A stretch of 64,000 nt of DNA from Candidatus Hydrogenedentota bacterium (GTDB lineage: Bacteria; Hydrogenedentota; Hydrogenedentia; Hydrogenedentales; SLHB01): positions 1 to 64,000 of the forward strand of contig BTVY01000017.1 of NCBI GenBank assembly GCA_045863335.1. The letters run 5' to 3'. A program made the position numbers and the translations under genes. Under the pieces are notes generated by a model. It had not been told where the DNA came from and did not search any database. It worked only from the letters and a program-made list of their open reading frames with translations. Shown here one piece after another: positions 29,108 through 41,318 of the stretch; the first letter of the stretch is position 1, and every line of letters begins with the position of its first letter.

Positions 29108-30217
29108 TCACTCTGTCGAAAACCGATAGATCGTGATGTGACTGTACTTGTCTCCGGGTCGCAAGATGCACGACGGGAAGTTGGGATGATTGGGCGTGTC
29201 GGGGAAACGCTGGGTCTCCAAACAGAAGCCGCTGTTCTTGGGGTATTCCGCGCCGCCTTTGCCACCGGTGGCGTTGAGGAAGTTGCCCGTGTAAAGCTGG
29301 ATCCCCGGTTCCGTGGTGAGTACTTCCATGACGCGTCCGCTGGACGGCTCCGTCGCGCGCGCGGCGAGTTCCAACCAGCCGGTGGTCTTGTCGAGCACAT
29401 AGTTCAGGTCGTAGCCGCCCTCCACCTGATCGAACTTGGCGTTGATTGGGTGCGCTTCCGTGAAGTCGAAGGGCGTCCCTAACACGGGCGCCAATTCGCC
29501 CGTCGGAATCAACGTGTCGTCGACCGGCGTATACCGGCTGGCATCGATCATTAAGACGGTGTCGAGCACGCTGCCCGTGTCGTGGCCGGCCAGATTAAAA
29601 TAACTGTGATGGGTCAGATTCACCGGCGTGGCCTTGTCCGTCTCCGCTTCATACGCGATCTTCAGTTCGTCTTTGTTCGTCAGCGTATACGTCACCGCGC
29701 AGGCCAAATTGCCGGGGTAGCCTTCTTCGCCGTCTTTGCTGAGATACGTGAAGCGGACGCTGGGGCCTTCTTCCGTCGCGAAGGGAACGCCTTTCCAGAC
29801 CACCTTGTCGAAGCCAACGTTGCCGCCGTGCAGGTGGTTCGGCTCGTTGTTCGTGGCGAGGGTGTACTCGGTGCCATCGAGCGTGAACTTCCCCTTCGCG
29901 ATGCGGTTGGCGTAACGTCCCGCGATGCATCCGAAGAAGGAGCCATGATCCAGATAGTCCTCGACCGTGTCCCAGCCCAGAACCACGTCCGCCATATTCC
30001 CGTCGCGATCCGGCACTTCCAGGGAGACCAGCGTGGCGCCGAGTTCGATGAGCGTCGCTTTCACACCGTTGGCGTTCGTGAGCGTGAATGCCGTTACGAC
30101 GCCGCCGTCCGGCATCTGGCCGAATGGCCGCTCACTGATCTGCACCTTGGCCTGGGCGGTCGCCAGCCCGGCCACCGCAATCACCACCACCATCCATGTC
30201 GAGCACCGTCGCGCCAT
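29108..30217 (-). CDS. galM: Aldose 1-epimerase (galactose mutarotase) with signal peptide
   Basis: GRYANRI, HLHGG, GEEGYPG, NLTHHSYFNL and CLETQ motifs. Confidence 0.9.
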   Translation of the reverse strand: MARRCSTWMVVVIAVAGLATAQAKVQISERPFGQMPDGGVVTAFTLTNANGVKATLIELGATLVSLEVPDRDGNMADVVLGWDTVEDYLDHGSFFGCIAGRYANRIAKGKFTLDGTEYTLATNNEPNHLHGGNVGFDKVVWKGVPFATEEGPSVRFTYLSKDGEEGYPGNLACAVTYTLTNKDELKIAYEAETDKATPVNLTHHSYFNLAGHDTGSVLDTVLMIDASRYTPVDDTLIPTGELAPVLGTPFDFTEAHPINAKFDQVEGGYDLNYVLDKTTGWLELAARATEPSSGRVMEVLTTEPGIQLYTGNFLNATGGKGGAEYPKNSGFCLETQRFPDTPNHPNFPSCILRPGDKYSHITIYRFSTE

Positions 30218-30381
30218 GGTCCCTCTCCTCCGTTTTGCATCACCCGAAAAACGTGGGTAGACTGTCCGTTCGTTCGTGCGCAGGTGCATCAATCTAGTCC
30301 ACATCCGTTGGCAGATCAAACCGGGCACCCGCGCGTCGAAAGCTGCACGAGGCCGAACCCACAGGTGGAGAGGGAGTCGAG

Positions 30382-31416
30382 ATGCGTAAAGCGGGCATTG
30401 CATGCATCCTCATGGGCGTAGTGATGGCGGGCTGCACGAAGGCCCCCGAAACGGCGTCGGACACCGGCGCGCCGGCGCAATCGGACGCCGTTCAACTGGC
30501 CTTCGTCACAAACGGCGTCGATCCCTTCTGGAATATCGCGGCCGCGGGCGTCCGCACTGCCGAGCAAGAGTTCGGCGCTACCTGCGAAGTGCTCATGCCA
30601 CCCAAAGGTATCGTCGATCAGAAACGAATGATCGAGTCGGCTTTGTCCAATGGTATCGATGGCCTCGCCATCAGCCCCATCGACGCGGCGAACCAGGTCG
30701 CTTTCATCAACGACGCGTGCAAGGTCGCGAAAGTGATCACGCAGGACTCCGACGCGCCGGATTCGGATCGGCTCTGTTTTGTAGGCATGGACAATTACAA
30801 AGCGGGCCGGGAAGCGGGCAAGCTCGTGAAGGAAGCTCTCCCCGACGGCGGCAAGATCATGATTTACGTAGGCCGCCTGGAGCAGCTCAACTCCCAGCAG
30901 CGGCGGCAGGGCGTTATTGACGAGTTGCTCGACCGCCCAATCCCCGCGCCGGACGCAATCCAGTACGACCCGCCCGGCGGCGAGATCGTGGGGGAGAAGT
31001 ACAGCATTCTCGGCACCCGCACCGACAGTTTCGATTACGCCAAGGCCAAGTCAAACGCGGAAGACACCATTGCCAGCGTGCCGGACATCGGCTGCATGGT
31101 GGGATTGTGGGCGTACAACGTGCCTGCTTGCCTTGCCGCCGTGAAGGAGGCCAACAAGGTGGGGCAAATTCAGCTCGTGAGTTTTGACGAAGACAACGCA
31201 ACGCTCCAGGGGATCGCCGACCGCGCGGTGCACGGAACGATCAGTCAGCAACCCTATGAGTACGGGTATCACTCCGTTCGCATCCTCGCCGGTCTGGCGC
31301 GCGGCGACGAAAGTGTTTTGCCCGAGAACGACTTCTACGAAGTGCCCATCGTCGTCGTGAAGAAGGACAACGTGGAAGCGTTCCGCACCAAACTCGCGGA
31401 GCTGCGCGGTGAATAG
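30382..31416 (+). CDS. Sugar ABC transporter substrate-binding lipoprotein (RbsB-like)
   Basis: Lipobox MAGC; DPFW, GMDNYKAG and QQPYEYGY motifs. Confidence 0.9.
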   Translation: MRKAGIACILMGVVMAGCTKAPETASDTGAPAQSDAVQLAFVTNGVDPFWNIAAAGVRTAEQEFGATCEVLMPPKGIVDQKRMIESALSNGIDGLAISPIDAANQVAFINDACKVAKVITQDSDAPDSDRLCFVGMDNYKAGREAGKLVKEALPDGGKIMIYVGRLEQLNSQQRRQGVIDELLDRPIPAPDAIQYDPPGGEIVGEKYSILGTRTDSFDYAKAKSNAEDTIASVPDIGCMVGLWAYNVPACLAAVKEANKVGQIQLVSFDEDNATLQGIADRAVHGTISQQPYEYGYHSVRILAGLARGDESVLPENDFYEVPIVVVKKDNVEAFRTKLAELRGE

Positions 31417-31446
31417 CGCCGTCTCGTTCAACGACAGGGCGCGGCA

Positions 31447-32421
31447 GTGAAGAAGACACTCGGGATCTTCGGGCTACTGGTGTTCGTCTGCGCGTTCACC
31501 GCAATCGCGAACCCGAATTTCGTCAACGCCTACAACATCCAGAATACCATCCGCTGGACCGCGCTCTACGGCATCATCAGCATAGGAGTGGCCTACGTCA
31601 TCATCTCCGGCGGGATCGACCTCTCCATCGGTTCCGTGGTGGGGCTCGTCGGTTCCATGCTCGCCTGGCTGCTCGCGGTAAAAGACGTCAGCGTACCTAT
31701 GGCCCTCGCGACGGTGGTCACTATGTCGATCTGCATCGGCCTGGCGCACGGACTCCTGATCACAAAGCTTCGCCTGCAACCCTTTGTCGTCACCCTGTGC
31801 GGGTTGCTCCTGTACCGCGGACTCGCGCGCTATGTCACGGACGATCAGAGTCTCGGGTTTGGGTCTTCGTTTGAAGGGCTGCGTTCCCTCGCCACCGGCG
31901 CGCTGCCCATCGGCGGCTTCTCACTGCCGGTCCCTTTCCTGATCATGATCGCGCTTGCCATCGTCGCGAGCATCCTGCTCAATTTCACACGATTTGGCCG
32001 TCACCTCGTCGCCTTGGGACAGAACGAAACCGCCGCGAAGTACAGCGGCATCCGAACCGATGGAGTCATCATCGTCTCCTACGTGTTCTGTTCGCTGCTC
32101 GCGGGACTGGGCGGAATTCTGTTCGCGCTCGACGTGAACTCCATTCAACCGTCCGGTCTTGGCGAATTCTACGAGCTTTACGCCATCGCGGCGGCGGTGT
32201 TGGGTGGGTGCAGCTTGCGCGGCGGCGAAGGATCAATCGTGGGAGTCGTCATCGGTGCGGCCGTCATGCGCGTGCTGTACAACGCCATCAACATCCTCCA
32301 CATTCCGACCCACCTGGAGTTCGCCATCATCGGCGCGGTGATTTTGACCGGTGTGATTGTCGACGAAGTGGTAAAACGCGTCGTTGCGAAGCGGCGCGCG
32401 CGGATGGAAGCCGCAGCCTGA
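31447..32421 (+). CDS. Sugar ABC transporter permease (RbsC-like)
   Basis: GGIDLSIGS, PFVVTL and YELYAIAAAVLGGCSL motifs. Confidence 0.92.
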   Translation: MKKTLGIFGLLVFVCAFTAIANPNFVNAYNIQNTIRWTALYGIISIGVAYVIISGGIDLSIGSVVGLVGSMLAWLLAVKDVSVPMALATVVTMSICIGLAHGLLITKLRLQPFVVTLCGLLLYRGLARYVTDDQSLGFGSSFEGLRSLATGALPIGGFSLPVPFLIMIALAIVASILLNFTRFGRHLVALGQNETAAKYSGIRTDGVIIVSYVFCSLLAGLGGILFALDVNSIQPSGLGEFYELYAIAAAVLGGCSLRGGEGSIVGVVIGAAVMRVLYNAINILHIPTHLEFAIIGAVILTGVIVDEVVKRVVAKRRARMEAAA

Positions 32422-32423
32422 CG

Positions 32424-33872
32424 CTACACAAGCAACTTGTGCAACACGTTGCCCGCGACATCGGTCAAACGAAAATCGCGGCCCTTGAACCGGTAGGTCA
32501 GTTTCAGGTGATCGATTCCAAGCAGGTGCAGCACCGTCGCCTGAATGTCGTGAACGTGAACCGGATCTTCCGTGGGGGAGAATCCAAGCTCGTCGGTCTC
32601 TCCCAAGGTGAATCCTGCTTTCACACCACCGCCCGCCATCCACATGGTCGAGCATTCGATGTGATGGTTCCGCCCTACCGTATCGCGCACTTCGCCCATG
32701 GGCGTGCGTCCGAACTCGCCGCCCCAGATGACCAGCGTGTCGTCGAGCAGCCCCCGCGCCTTCAAATCCTTGACGAGCGCCGCGCCGCCTTGATCCACGT
32801 CAAGACAGACCTCATCCAACGAGTTGGTCAAGTTCTCCGTGTTGCCGCCGTGGTGGTCCCAATTTGTGTGGTAAAGCTGCACGAACCGCACGCCCCGCTC
32901 GACCAGACGCCGCGCGAGCAAACAGTTGTACGCAAACGAGGGCTTGCCCGGTTCGATACCATACAAGTCCAGTGTCGCTTGCGTTTCCTGGGAAAGATCC
33001 ATCAGTTCCGGCGCGCTGCTCTGCATGCGATAGGCCATCTCGTACGACGAAATACGCGTGGCAATCTCTGAATCGCCGGTTACGTCCAGATGCTCCCGGT
33101 TGAGCTGATTGACCGCGTCGATGATGCGGCGCTGATCCGCGTCGTCCACGCCTTCGGGCCGGCTGAGATTGAGGATCGGATCGCCCGTGGAGCGGAACGG
33201 CACGCCCTGATGGGCGGAGGGCAGAAAGCCGCTGCCCCAGAGCGGCGCGCCACCTCGGGGTCCGCGGGGTCCGCTCTGCAAGACCACGAACCCCGGCAGG
33301 TCGTTCGACTCGCTGCCGATCCCGTAAGTGACCCAGGAACCCATGCTCGGACGCCCGAATTGCGCCGAGCCGGTGTTCATGAAGATCTTGGCCGGCGCGT
33401 GGTTCGGCACGTCGGTGGCCACGGTCTTGATAAAGGACACATCGTCGACAATACCGGCCGTGTGAGGAAAACACTCCGACACCCACGCGCCGCATTGTCC
33501 GTGTTGCGCGAACTTGCGCACCGTACCGAGCAGTTTCGGCTTCTCTTTGGTAAACGTGTCCATGAAGGCGAAGCGCTTGCCTTCGAGGTACGATTCCGGG
33601 ATGGGTTGATCGTTGTACTTCTGCAATTGCGGTTTGTAGTCGAACAACTCCAACTGGCTCGGTCCGCCCGCCATGAAGAGAAAGATCACGTTCTTCGCGC
33701 GCGCGGGGAGATGCCCCGTCTTCACGGCCAGCGGGTTGACCTCCGCAGCGGAAGCGAGCCCCGGCCCCATCAACGACCCCAGGGCGATCGACGCCAGTCC
33801 CACGCCGCATTGCTGGAAGAAGTGACGCCGGGTGACCTCATGCAACAGTTTTTCGGGTGCCTTCCTTTGCAT
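32424..33872 (-). CDS. DUF1501 family protein (Tat-exported, sulfatase-like)
   Basis: TRRHFF; FLFMAGGPSQLE, LLARRLVERGVRFVQ, WDHH and GEFGRTP motifs. Confidence 0.92.
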   Translation of the reverse strand: MQRKAPEKLLHEVTRRHFFQQCGVGLASIALGSLMGPGLASAAEVNPLAVKTGHLPARAKNVIFLFMAGGPSQLELFDYKPQLQKYNDQPIPESYLEGKRFAFMDTFTKEKPKLLGTVRKFAQHGQCGAWVSECFPHTAGIVDDVSFIKTVATDVPNHAPAKIFMNTGSAQFGRPSMGSWVTYGIGSESNDLPGFVVLQSGPRGPRGGAPLWGSGFLPSAHQGVPFRSTGDPILNLSRPEGVDDADQRRIIDAVNQLNREHLDVTGDSEIATRISSYEMAYRMQSSAPELMDLSQETQATLDLYGIEPGKPSFAYNCLLARRLVERGVRFVQLYHTNWDHHGGNTENLTNSLDEVCLDVDQGGAALVKDLKARGLLDDTLVIWGGEFGRTPMGEVRDTVGRNHHIECSTMWMAGGGVKAGFTLGETDELGFSPTEDPVHVHDIQATVLHLLGIDHLKLTYRFKGRDFRLTDVAGNVLHKLLV

Positions 33873-33889
33873 ACTGGAGTTCGTCTCCC

Positions 33890-36493
33890 TTACTCGCGCG
33901 TGATGAATTCGTCCAGGTTCAACAGCGTCCGCGCTACTGCCAACCAGGGGTCGCGGCCCTCGTCGGTTTGCCGGTCCATCAACTGCGCCACGATCTGCTG
34001 TTCGCGGGTGCTGGGCTCTCTGCCAAGGCTCACTTCGAAGGCGTAGTCGATGGACGCTTCGCGAGCGTCAGCGTTCTGTTCGGCAATGCGTTTTGCCAGC
34101 GCCTTGGCCACCTCGAAGAAGGCTTGATCGTTCAGCAGGGTCAACGCCTGCAACGGCGTATTCGAACGCGTGCGGCGCGTGCACGCCATCATCGCGTTCG
34201 GCGCGTCGAAGACCATCAACGACGGATACGGCGTCGCGCGCCAGAAGTAGGTGTACATGCCGCGGCGGTAGCGGTCCCCACCCTCGCTCACGTCCCAGGG
34301 CCGATTGCGCTGTCCCAGCGACATGACCCCATCCGGTTGGGGCGGATGCACGCCCGGGCCGCCAATCCTCGGATCGAGCAGCGCGGATACCTGGAGTCCA
34401 GCGTCGCGGATAATCTCCGCGTCCAACCGTACGCGGGACTGACGGGCCAGCCAGCGGTTCGTGGGGTCGATTTCATCCAAATCATCCCGCGCGGTCGAAG
34501 CTTGGCGGTACGTTGCGGAGGTGACCATTGTGCGGAGAATGCTCTTCACGCCCCAGCCTTGTTCCACGAACTCCGTCGCGAGCCAGTCCAGCAACTCCGG
34601 ATGCGTCGGCGGCGTGCCCTGCGTGCCGAAGTCATTCTCGGTTTCGACAATGCCACGGCCGAAGAGGCGCTGCCAGAACCGGTTTACTGTAACCCGGGCG
34701 GTCAGCGGATTCTCCGGCGCCATCAACCACGCCGCCAGATCGAGCCGGGTCGCAGGTTTGGAGCCCTCGTAGGGATGAAGTACTGCAAGCGTCCCCGGCG
34801 TAACCGGATCGCCGTGCCGCGTGAAGTCGCCTTGGACGTGGACCGTCGTTTCGCGCGGCTCCGTGCGCTGCCGTAGCACCATCGTTTTCGTGATGGTCGG
34901 CGCCTCTTTCTTTGCTGCGTCGAGCTCCCCCGCCAGACGCAGATACTCTGCGTCGGTCTTCTTGAACGCTTCCTGAACGAGCTTGATATGCTCTTCGGAT
35001 CGCTCCGGCGCCGCAACACCCAAGGCGGCGCGTTCCTCGTCGCTGAGCTTCGCGCGCTGCGCTTCGGTCAACGTAGCTTCCCACGTCGTATCGCCCCGCT
35101 CCAGCGTTTCCGCGAGATAGGCGTCCAACTCCTGCTGCAAACCCGCGACGGCGGCGTTCACTTCCGCGCGTTTTTCGGTCTGTTCGGGCGTTGGCAGTTC
35201 CAGATCGACTTCGTCGTCGTTATTGAAGAACGCGAAAAACCGGTAGTACTCCGTTTGCGTAATCGGGTCGTATTTGTGCGTGTGGCACTCCGCGCAACCC
35301 ATGGTCAGTCCCAGCAGCACGGAACCTGTCGTATTCACGCGATCGACGACCGCCTCGACGCGGAACTCTTCCACGTCGATTCCGCCTTCCTGATTGATCA
35401 TGGTGTTGCGGTGAAAGCCCGTCGCCACCTTCTGGTCCCGCGTGGAGTCGGGCAGCAAATCGCCCGCGAGTTGCTCCGTGACGAACCGATCGAAAGGCAT
35501 ATCCTGGTTGAACGCGTTGATGACCCAATCGCGATAGGGCCAGATCGTGCGAGGTCCGTCGATGCTGTACCCATTGGAATCCGCATACCGCGCCGCATCC
35601 AGCCAGTGGCGTCCCCAGCGCTCGCCGAAGTGGGGGGAGGCCAGCAACTCGTCCACGAAGCGCTCGTAGGCATCGGGACGATTGTCGCGCAGAAACGCAT
35701 CCACCTGTTCAACGGTTGGTGGGAGCCCAATCAAATCCAGGTAAGCGCGCCGAATCAGCGTGCGCCGATCCGCTTCCGCAGACGGCCGCACCTCCAAATC
35801 ATCCAGCTTTGCGAGAATGAAGTAGTCGATAGCATTGCGCGGCCACGCAGGATTGGACACCTCCGGAAGCTCAGGAGGCACCGGCGGCACGAAAGCCCAG
35901 TGCTTCTCATAGTGCGCGCCCTCGTCGATCCACGTGCCCAATGTTTCGATCGCTTCCGGCGTCAAGGAATGGTTGGATTCGGGAGGCGGCATGATATCGT
36001 TGGGGTCTTCCGCCGTGATGCGCGCGAACAATACGCTTGCCGTGCGGTCTCCGGGGACTACTGCCGCATTGCCCGATTTCAGCGTTGCCACCGCGCCTTC
36101 CGGCAGGTCCAGTCGCAGTCCCGCTTTGCGCTGTCCTTCGTCAGGGCCGTGACACGCGAAGCAGTTCTCCGACAGGATGGGTTTGACGTCCCGGTCGAAG
36201 CGCACGGTAAGATCCGCCGCGTCCGTCGATTGACGCGTTGCAGCTTCTTGCGATCGCAGCTCATTGATCTGCCGCTCGATGGCGCCGCGCAGTTCATTCC
36301 GCAGCGCGGAATCCTGCTGCGCCCGTTCGAGGGTGCCAATTAACGAGTCCGCGGCTTGCTCCGGATCGATCGGGTCGGCGCTTACCAACGGCACCGATAG
36401 CAACGAAAAGAACACGGTGGCCGTCATGCCGAAGAAGGATCGCCCAATTCGACGGGACAGAGCAGTAACGCTATGGATACGATGTCGTCGCAT
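33890..36493 (-). CDS. PSD1/planctomycete cytochrome c protein (DUF1549/DUF1553)
   Basis: CFACHG and CAECHTHKYDP haem motifs; GERWGRHWLDAARY, PTHPELLDWLA and NTPLQAL motifs. Confidence 0.92.
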   Translation of the reverse strand: MRRHRIHSVTALSRRIGRSFFGMTATVFFSLLSVPLVSADPIDPEQAADSLIGTLERAQQDSALRNELRGAIERQINELRSQEAATRQSTDAADLTVRFDRDVKPILSENCFACHGPDEGQRKAGLRLDLPEGAVATLKSGNAAVVPGDRTASVLFARITAEDPNDIMPPPESNHSLTPEAIETLGTWIDEGAHYEKHWAFVPPVPPELPEVSNPAWPRNAIDYFILAKLDDLEVRPSAEADRRTLIRRAYLDLIGLPPTVEQVDAFLRDNRPDAYERFVDELLASPHFGERWGRHWLDAARYADSNGYSIDGPRTIWPYRDWVINAFNQDMPFDRFVTEQLAGDLLPDSTRDQKVATGFHRNTMINQEGGIDVEEFRVEAVVDRVNTTGSVLLGLTMGCAECHTHKYDPITQTEYYRFFAFFNNDDEVDLELPTPEQTEKRAEVNAAVAGLQQELDAYLAETLERGDTTWEATLTEAQRAKLSDEERAALGVAAPERSEEHIKLVQEAFKKTDAEYLRLAGELDAAKKEAPTITKTMVLRQRTEPRETTVHVQGDFTRHGDPVTPGTLAVLHPYEGSKPATRLDLAAWLMAPENPLTARVTVNRFWQRLFGRGIVETENDFGTQGTPPTHPELLDWLATEFVEQGWGVKSILRTMVTSATYRQASTARDDLDEIDPTNRWLARQSRVRLDAEIIRDAGLQVSALLDPRIGGPGVHPPQPDGVMSLGQRNRPWDVSEGGDRYRRGMYTYFWRATPYPSLMVFDAPNAMMACTRRTRSNTPLQALTLLNDQAFFEVAKALAKRIAEQNADAREASIDYAFEVSLGREPSTREQQIVAQLMDRQTDEGRDPWLAVARTLLNLDEFITRE

Positions 36494-36594
36494 GCAGCTT
36501 GCTTCGCGCCCATTGGGGGCGGGTTCACCAAAAGCCTTCGCTGCATCCTACCATGAAACGGGCGAAGCGCCCAAGCGGCCATAGCGCGGAGCGG

Positions 36595-36873
36595 TTACTC
36601 GGAAGTGTCCGATTCGAGAATTCGCGCCAGGTACTCCGGCGTAAATTCCCTGTAGCGCGGGTGTGTCATGAAAATTCGCTGCATCTCGACGAGCCCGCTG
36701 GTGGTCCGCGGCGGGCCATCGTAAGATTCCGCAAGTTGTAGCAAGGCATCGACATGCCGCCAGTCGTAGAGCATCCCGCGCAACTTTTCGCGGCGAAGGC
36801 GTTCCAGTTCCTCGCCGGTCTCCTTCCAGCGCCGCACCAGTTCCCGCTGTTCTTCATGGCTGGGATGCTTCAC
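36595..36873 (-). CDS. Small hypothetical protein, antitoxin-like
   Basis: GAGGA RBS; W..TGEELE..R and PPRTTSGLVEMQRIF pattern, recalled from small genes preceding nucleotidyltransferase-type toxins. Confidence 0.5.
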   Translation of the reverse strand: MKHPSHEEQRELVRRWKETGEELERLRREKLRGMLYDWRHVDALLQLAESYDGPPRTTSGLVEMQRIFMTHPRYREFTPEYLARILESDTSE

Positions 36874-37037
36874 GGATTTTCCTCGAGTAACTCATGCCAG
36901 AACGTCGAATACTCTTCCATTCTACACCGCCAGCGCCCCGAGGGGAGTTAATCGAATTCCCGCGCGTTCCTGCGGATGATTTCTTCAGGGCGGCGCCACT
37001 ACAATAAAATCGACATCTTGATACGCGAGGCCAAGTC

Positions 37038-37439
37038 ATGGATGAGCACGAAAAAGCGGCATTGAACTCCGGTCTACCTGGAGAGCCTCCACGAATCGAC
37101 GCGGGTTCCATGATGGCCTGCGGCGCCTGCGGACGCGTGATCCATGCGGGCGACAGCTTCTGCCGGTATTGCGGGAAACCGCAGGTACAGAAGAAAGCCA
37201 GGACCAGATGGTACTACGAACCCGTCTGGATTCTGATCCTGGGTTTCGCAGTGATTGGTCCCTTGGTGCTGCCGCTCGTGTTCAAGTCGCCGAAGCTCAG
37301 CCGAGGGGCGAAGTGGGGGATTTCCGTCGCGGTGATACTGTATACCCTGGTGACCGTATACTTTGGCTACGTCCTGATCGCGATAATCTGGAGTTACATC
37401 AGCGAATTCAACTCGCAGGTTGATTCAATCTATCGGTAA
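37038..37439 (+). CDS. Zinc-ribbon membrane protein
   Basis: CGACG...FCRYCG followed by two TM helices. Confidence 0.7.
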   Translation: MDEHEKAALNSGLPGEPPRIDAGSMMACGACGRVIHAGDSFCRYCGKPQVQKKARTRWYYEPVWILILGFAVIGPLVLPLVFKSPKLSRGAKWGISVAVILYTLVTVYFGYVLIAIIWSYISEFNSQVDSIYR

Positions 37440-37457
37440 GGTCGTCTTGCATTGCGC

Positions 37458-39170
<1,713 letters not shown>

Positions 39171-39920
39171 TTACTTGGACGCGGCCGCTTGCTTCGCAAC
39201 GGCCTCGGCGGCCTTCGCCGCGGCTTCAGGATCGCCGAGATACGTGTGGCAAATCGGTTTCAAATCCTTGTCCAGTTCGTACAGCAGCGGAATGCCAGTC
39301 GGAATGTTGAGTTCAAGAATCTCGGCTTCGGACATGTTGTCAAGATGCTTGACCAGCGCGCGCAGGCTGTTGCCATGCGCCACAATGATCACACGCTTCC
39401 CCGCCTTTACCTGCGGCGCGATGGTCTCCTGCCAGTAGGGCACGAAGCGCGCAACGGTGTCCTTCAGGCTCTCCGTCAGCGGCAATTCGTCCTTCGTGAG
39501 ATCCGCATAACGCCGATCCTTGCCTGGATACCGGTCGTCCGTCTCTTCCAGCGGAGGGGGCGGCGTGTCGTAGGAGCGACGCCAAATCTTGACCTGCTCC
39601 GCGCCGTGTTTCTCGGCGGTCTCGGCCTTATTCAACCCCTGAAGTCCGCCATAATGCCGCTCGTTCAAGCGCCAATGGCGAATGACCGGCAACCACATCT
39701 GGTCCAGTTCGTCGAGCGTAAGCCACATGGTACGAATGGCGCGCTTCAGCACGGACGTGTAAACAAGGTCGAATTCATAGCCTTCTTCACGCAACAGCTT
39801 GCCTGCCGCGCGCGCTTCCTCGATACCTTGCTCGCTCAAATCGACGTCCGTCCAGCCGGTGAAACGGTTCTCGAGGTTCCACGTGCTCTGGCCGTGCCGC
39901 AACAGAATGATCTTGTACAT
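39171..39920 (-). CDS. gpmA: 2,3-bisphosphoglycerate-dependent phosphoglycerate mutase
   Basis: LRHGQS, LNERHYG, AHGNSLR and NIPTG motifs. Confidence 0.97.
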   Translation of the reverse strand: MYKIILLRHGQSTWNLENRFTGWTDVDLSEQGIEEARAAGKLLREEGYEFDLVYTSVLKRAIRTMWLTLDELDQMWLPVIRHWRLNERHYGGLQGLNKAETAEKHGAEQVKIWRRSYDTPPPPLEETDDRYPGKDRRYADLTKDELPLTESLKDTVARFVPYWQETIAPQVKAGKRVIIVAHGNSLRALVKHLDNMSEAEILELNIPTGIPLLYELDKDLKPICHTYLGDPEAAAKAAEAVAKQAAASK

Positions 39921-40129
39921 AATTCGCTCCTAATCGTGGGCTTGGTGTTTCGCGAGTCCGGCGGGCGAAGCAGCGCCCGTTGTGCAAGCAACGCCTTGCG
40001 GCGGCCGACAACGCCGGATTTGCGCCCCTGAGTTGCTCACCGTCGTGTTTCAGGTCTCAGCCGACCTGCACAGACTATAGAATATCACAATCGCGAATCC
40101 CGCTTCCTCAATGAATCTCGCCCGGGAAA

Positions 40130-41137
40130 CTACGGGCCACCGATCGACAGACGCACCAGCCGCATCTGATTGAGCGGGCCGATGCCTGGCGTTTGCCCAA
40201 ATGCGGATTGGGCAAAGAAGACCATGAGATCCCCATTCTCCGCTTCGACCAGGGACGTGTAGTGGCACCCGGGCCCCCTGTAAAGCGTAATCGGCGCACT
40301 CCAGCCATGGCCGGTGCCATCGGCGGATAGCATCAAATCCACGTTGGGCCGGCCGTAGCTGAGCGCGAGCATGCCGTTGCTTAACAGGAGCAAATCCGGA
40401 TCCACGCCGTGATCGGCCACGGCCACCGGGTCTGACCAGGTCCGGCCGTCGTCGGTCGAACGCGTCAGATGCAACGGCCCGCCCACGCGCATGGCGCATA
40501 GCAAGTCCCCGTTTGCAAGACGCGCCAAAGCCGGTTCGCAAAATCCCTCCGTACCCGCGTCCTCCGAATGGCCGATGAGCGAGCGGAATTGCCACGAACG
40601 CCCGCCGTCCGGGGTCTCAATCAGGACCGACGAGTATTTCTCATGACCTTCCTGATGACCGTAAATCGTGGCGAGCAGGGTTCCGTCCGGCAGTTCAACG
40701 ATACTCCGGTGAAAATGCGGCGGCATAACAAAAGGAAGCGTCAGGCTACCGGCGACCTTTGCGTCAAGCGTTTGGCCGCCGTCCGTGTAAAAGAGCGTGG
40801 TAATAGGGTACGTCCCGTCCGCGGATCGTTCCGGTCCCCAGCAGGACAGATCGACGGCCCTCCCATCGTTCAGGCGCGTTCCCATGCCGCCTACGGCGTC
40901 CTCCCGGGGCGATTCCCAGGTTTCACCGTCATCATTGGAGATGAGCGCCATGCCACGTTCCGTAACGGTGTGGTGCCCTATGGAACAACTCATGGACAGG
41001 AACCCGTCTGGACCGCGGAACACCCAGGGGAAGTTCAAGTGGTCTTCGGATTCAAATACGGTCACGGTCCGAAGTGCCGTGACCTCGGGTTCATCCGCGC
41101 CTGCGGCGCACAGCATCACTACGAGTATTGCTATCAT
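40130..41137 (-). CDS. Sialidase-family (BNR/Asp-box) secreted protein
   Basis: Asp boxes SNDDGETW, TPDGGRSW, STDDGRTW and SADGTGHGW; signal peptide. Confidence 0.8.
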   Translation of the reverse strand: MIAILVVMLCAAGADEPEVTALRTVTVFESEDHLNFPWVFRGPDGFLSMSCSIGHHTVTERGMALISNDDGETWESPREDAVGGMGTRLNDGRAVDLSCWGPERSADGTYPITTLFYTDGGQTLDAKVAGSLTLPFVMPPHFHRSIVELPDGTLLATIYGHQEGHEKYSSVLIETPDGGRSWQFRSLIGHSEDAGTEGFCEPALARLANGDLLCAMRVGGPLHLTRSTDDGRTWSDPVAVADHGVDPDLLLLSNGMLALSYGRPNVDLMLSADGTGHGWSAPITLYRGPGCHYTSLVEAENGDLMVFFAQSAFGQTPGIGPLNQMRLVRLSIGGP

Positions 41138-41318
41138 CGTTGGTTCCCCCGATCGGCGTTGTGATTCTGGCGCACATGGTACCACGTTCAGCCGGATCCG
41201 CGGAGCGGTCGGAGGTGCCTGCATATTGAACGCGTTGCGGCAAACGGGCTACGACAAGCTCTTCGTGGATAGGTTTCAGGATTGAACTTCATGGGTAATC
41301 CATAGGGAGGACAGGGCG

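Noticed and set aside
32424-36493. DUF1501/PSD1 pair as a novel system
   Set aside because: A well-known, highly paralogous pair in Planctomycetes and relatives, although its function is unresolved.
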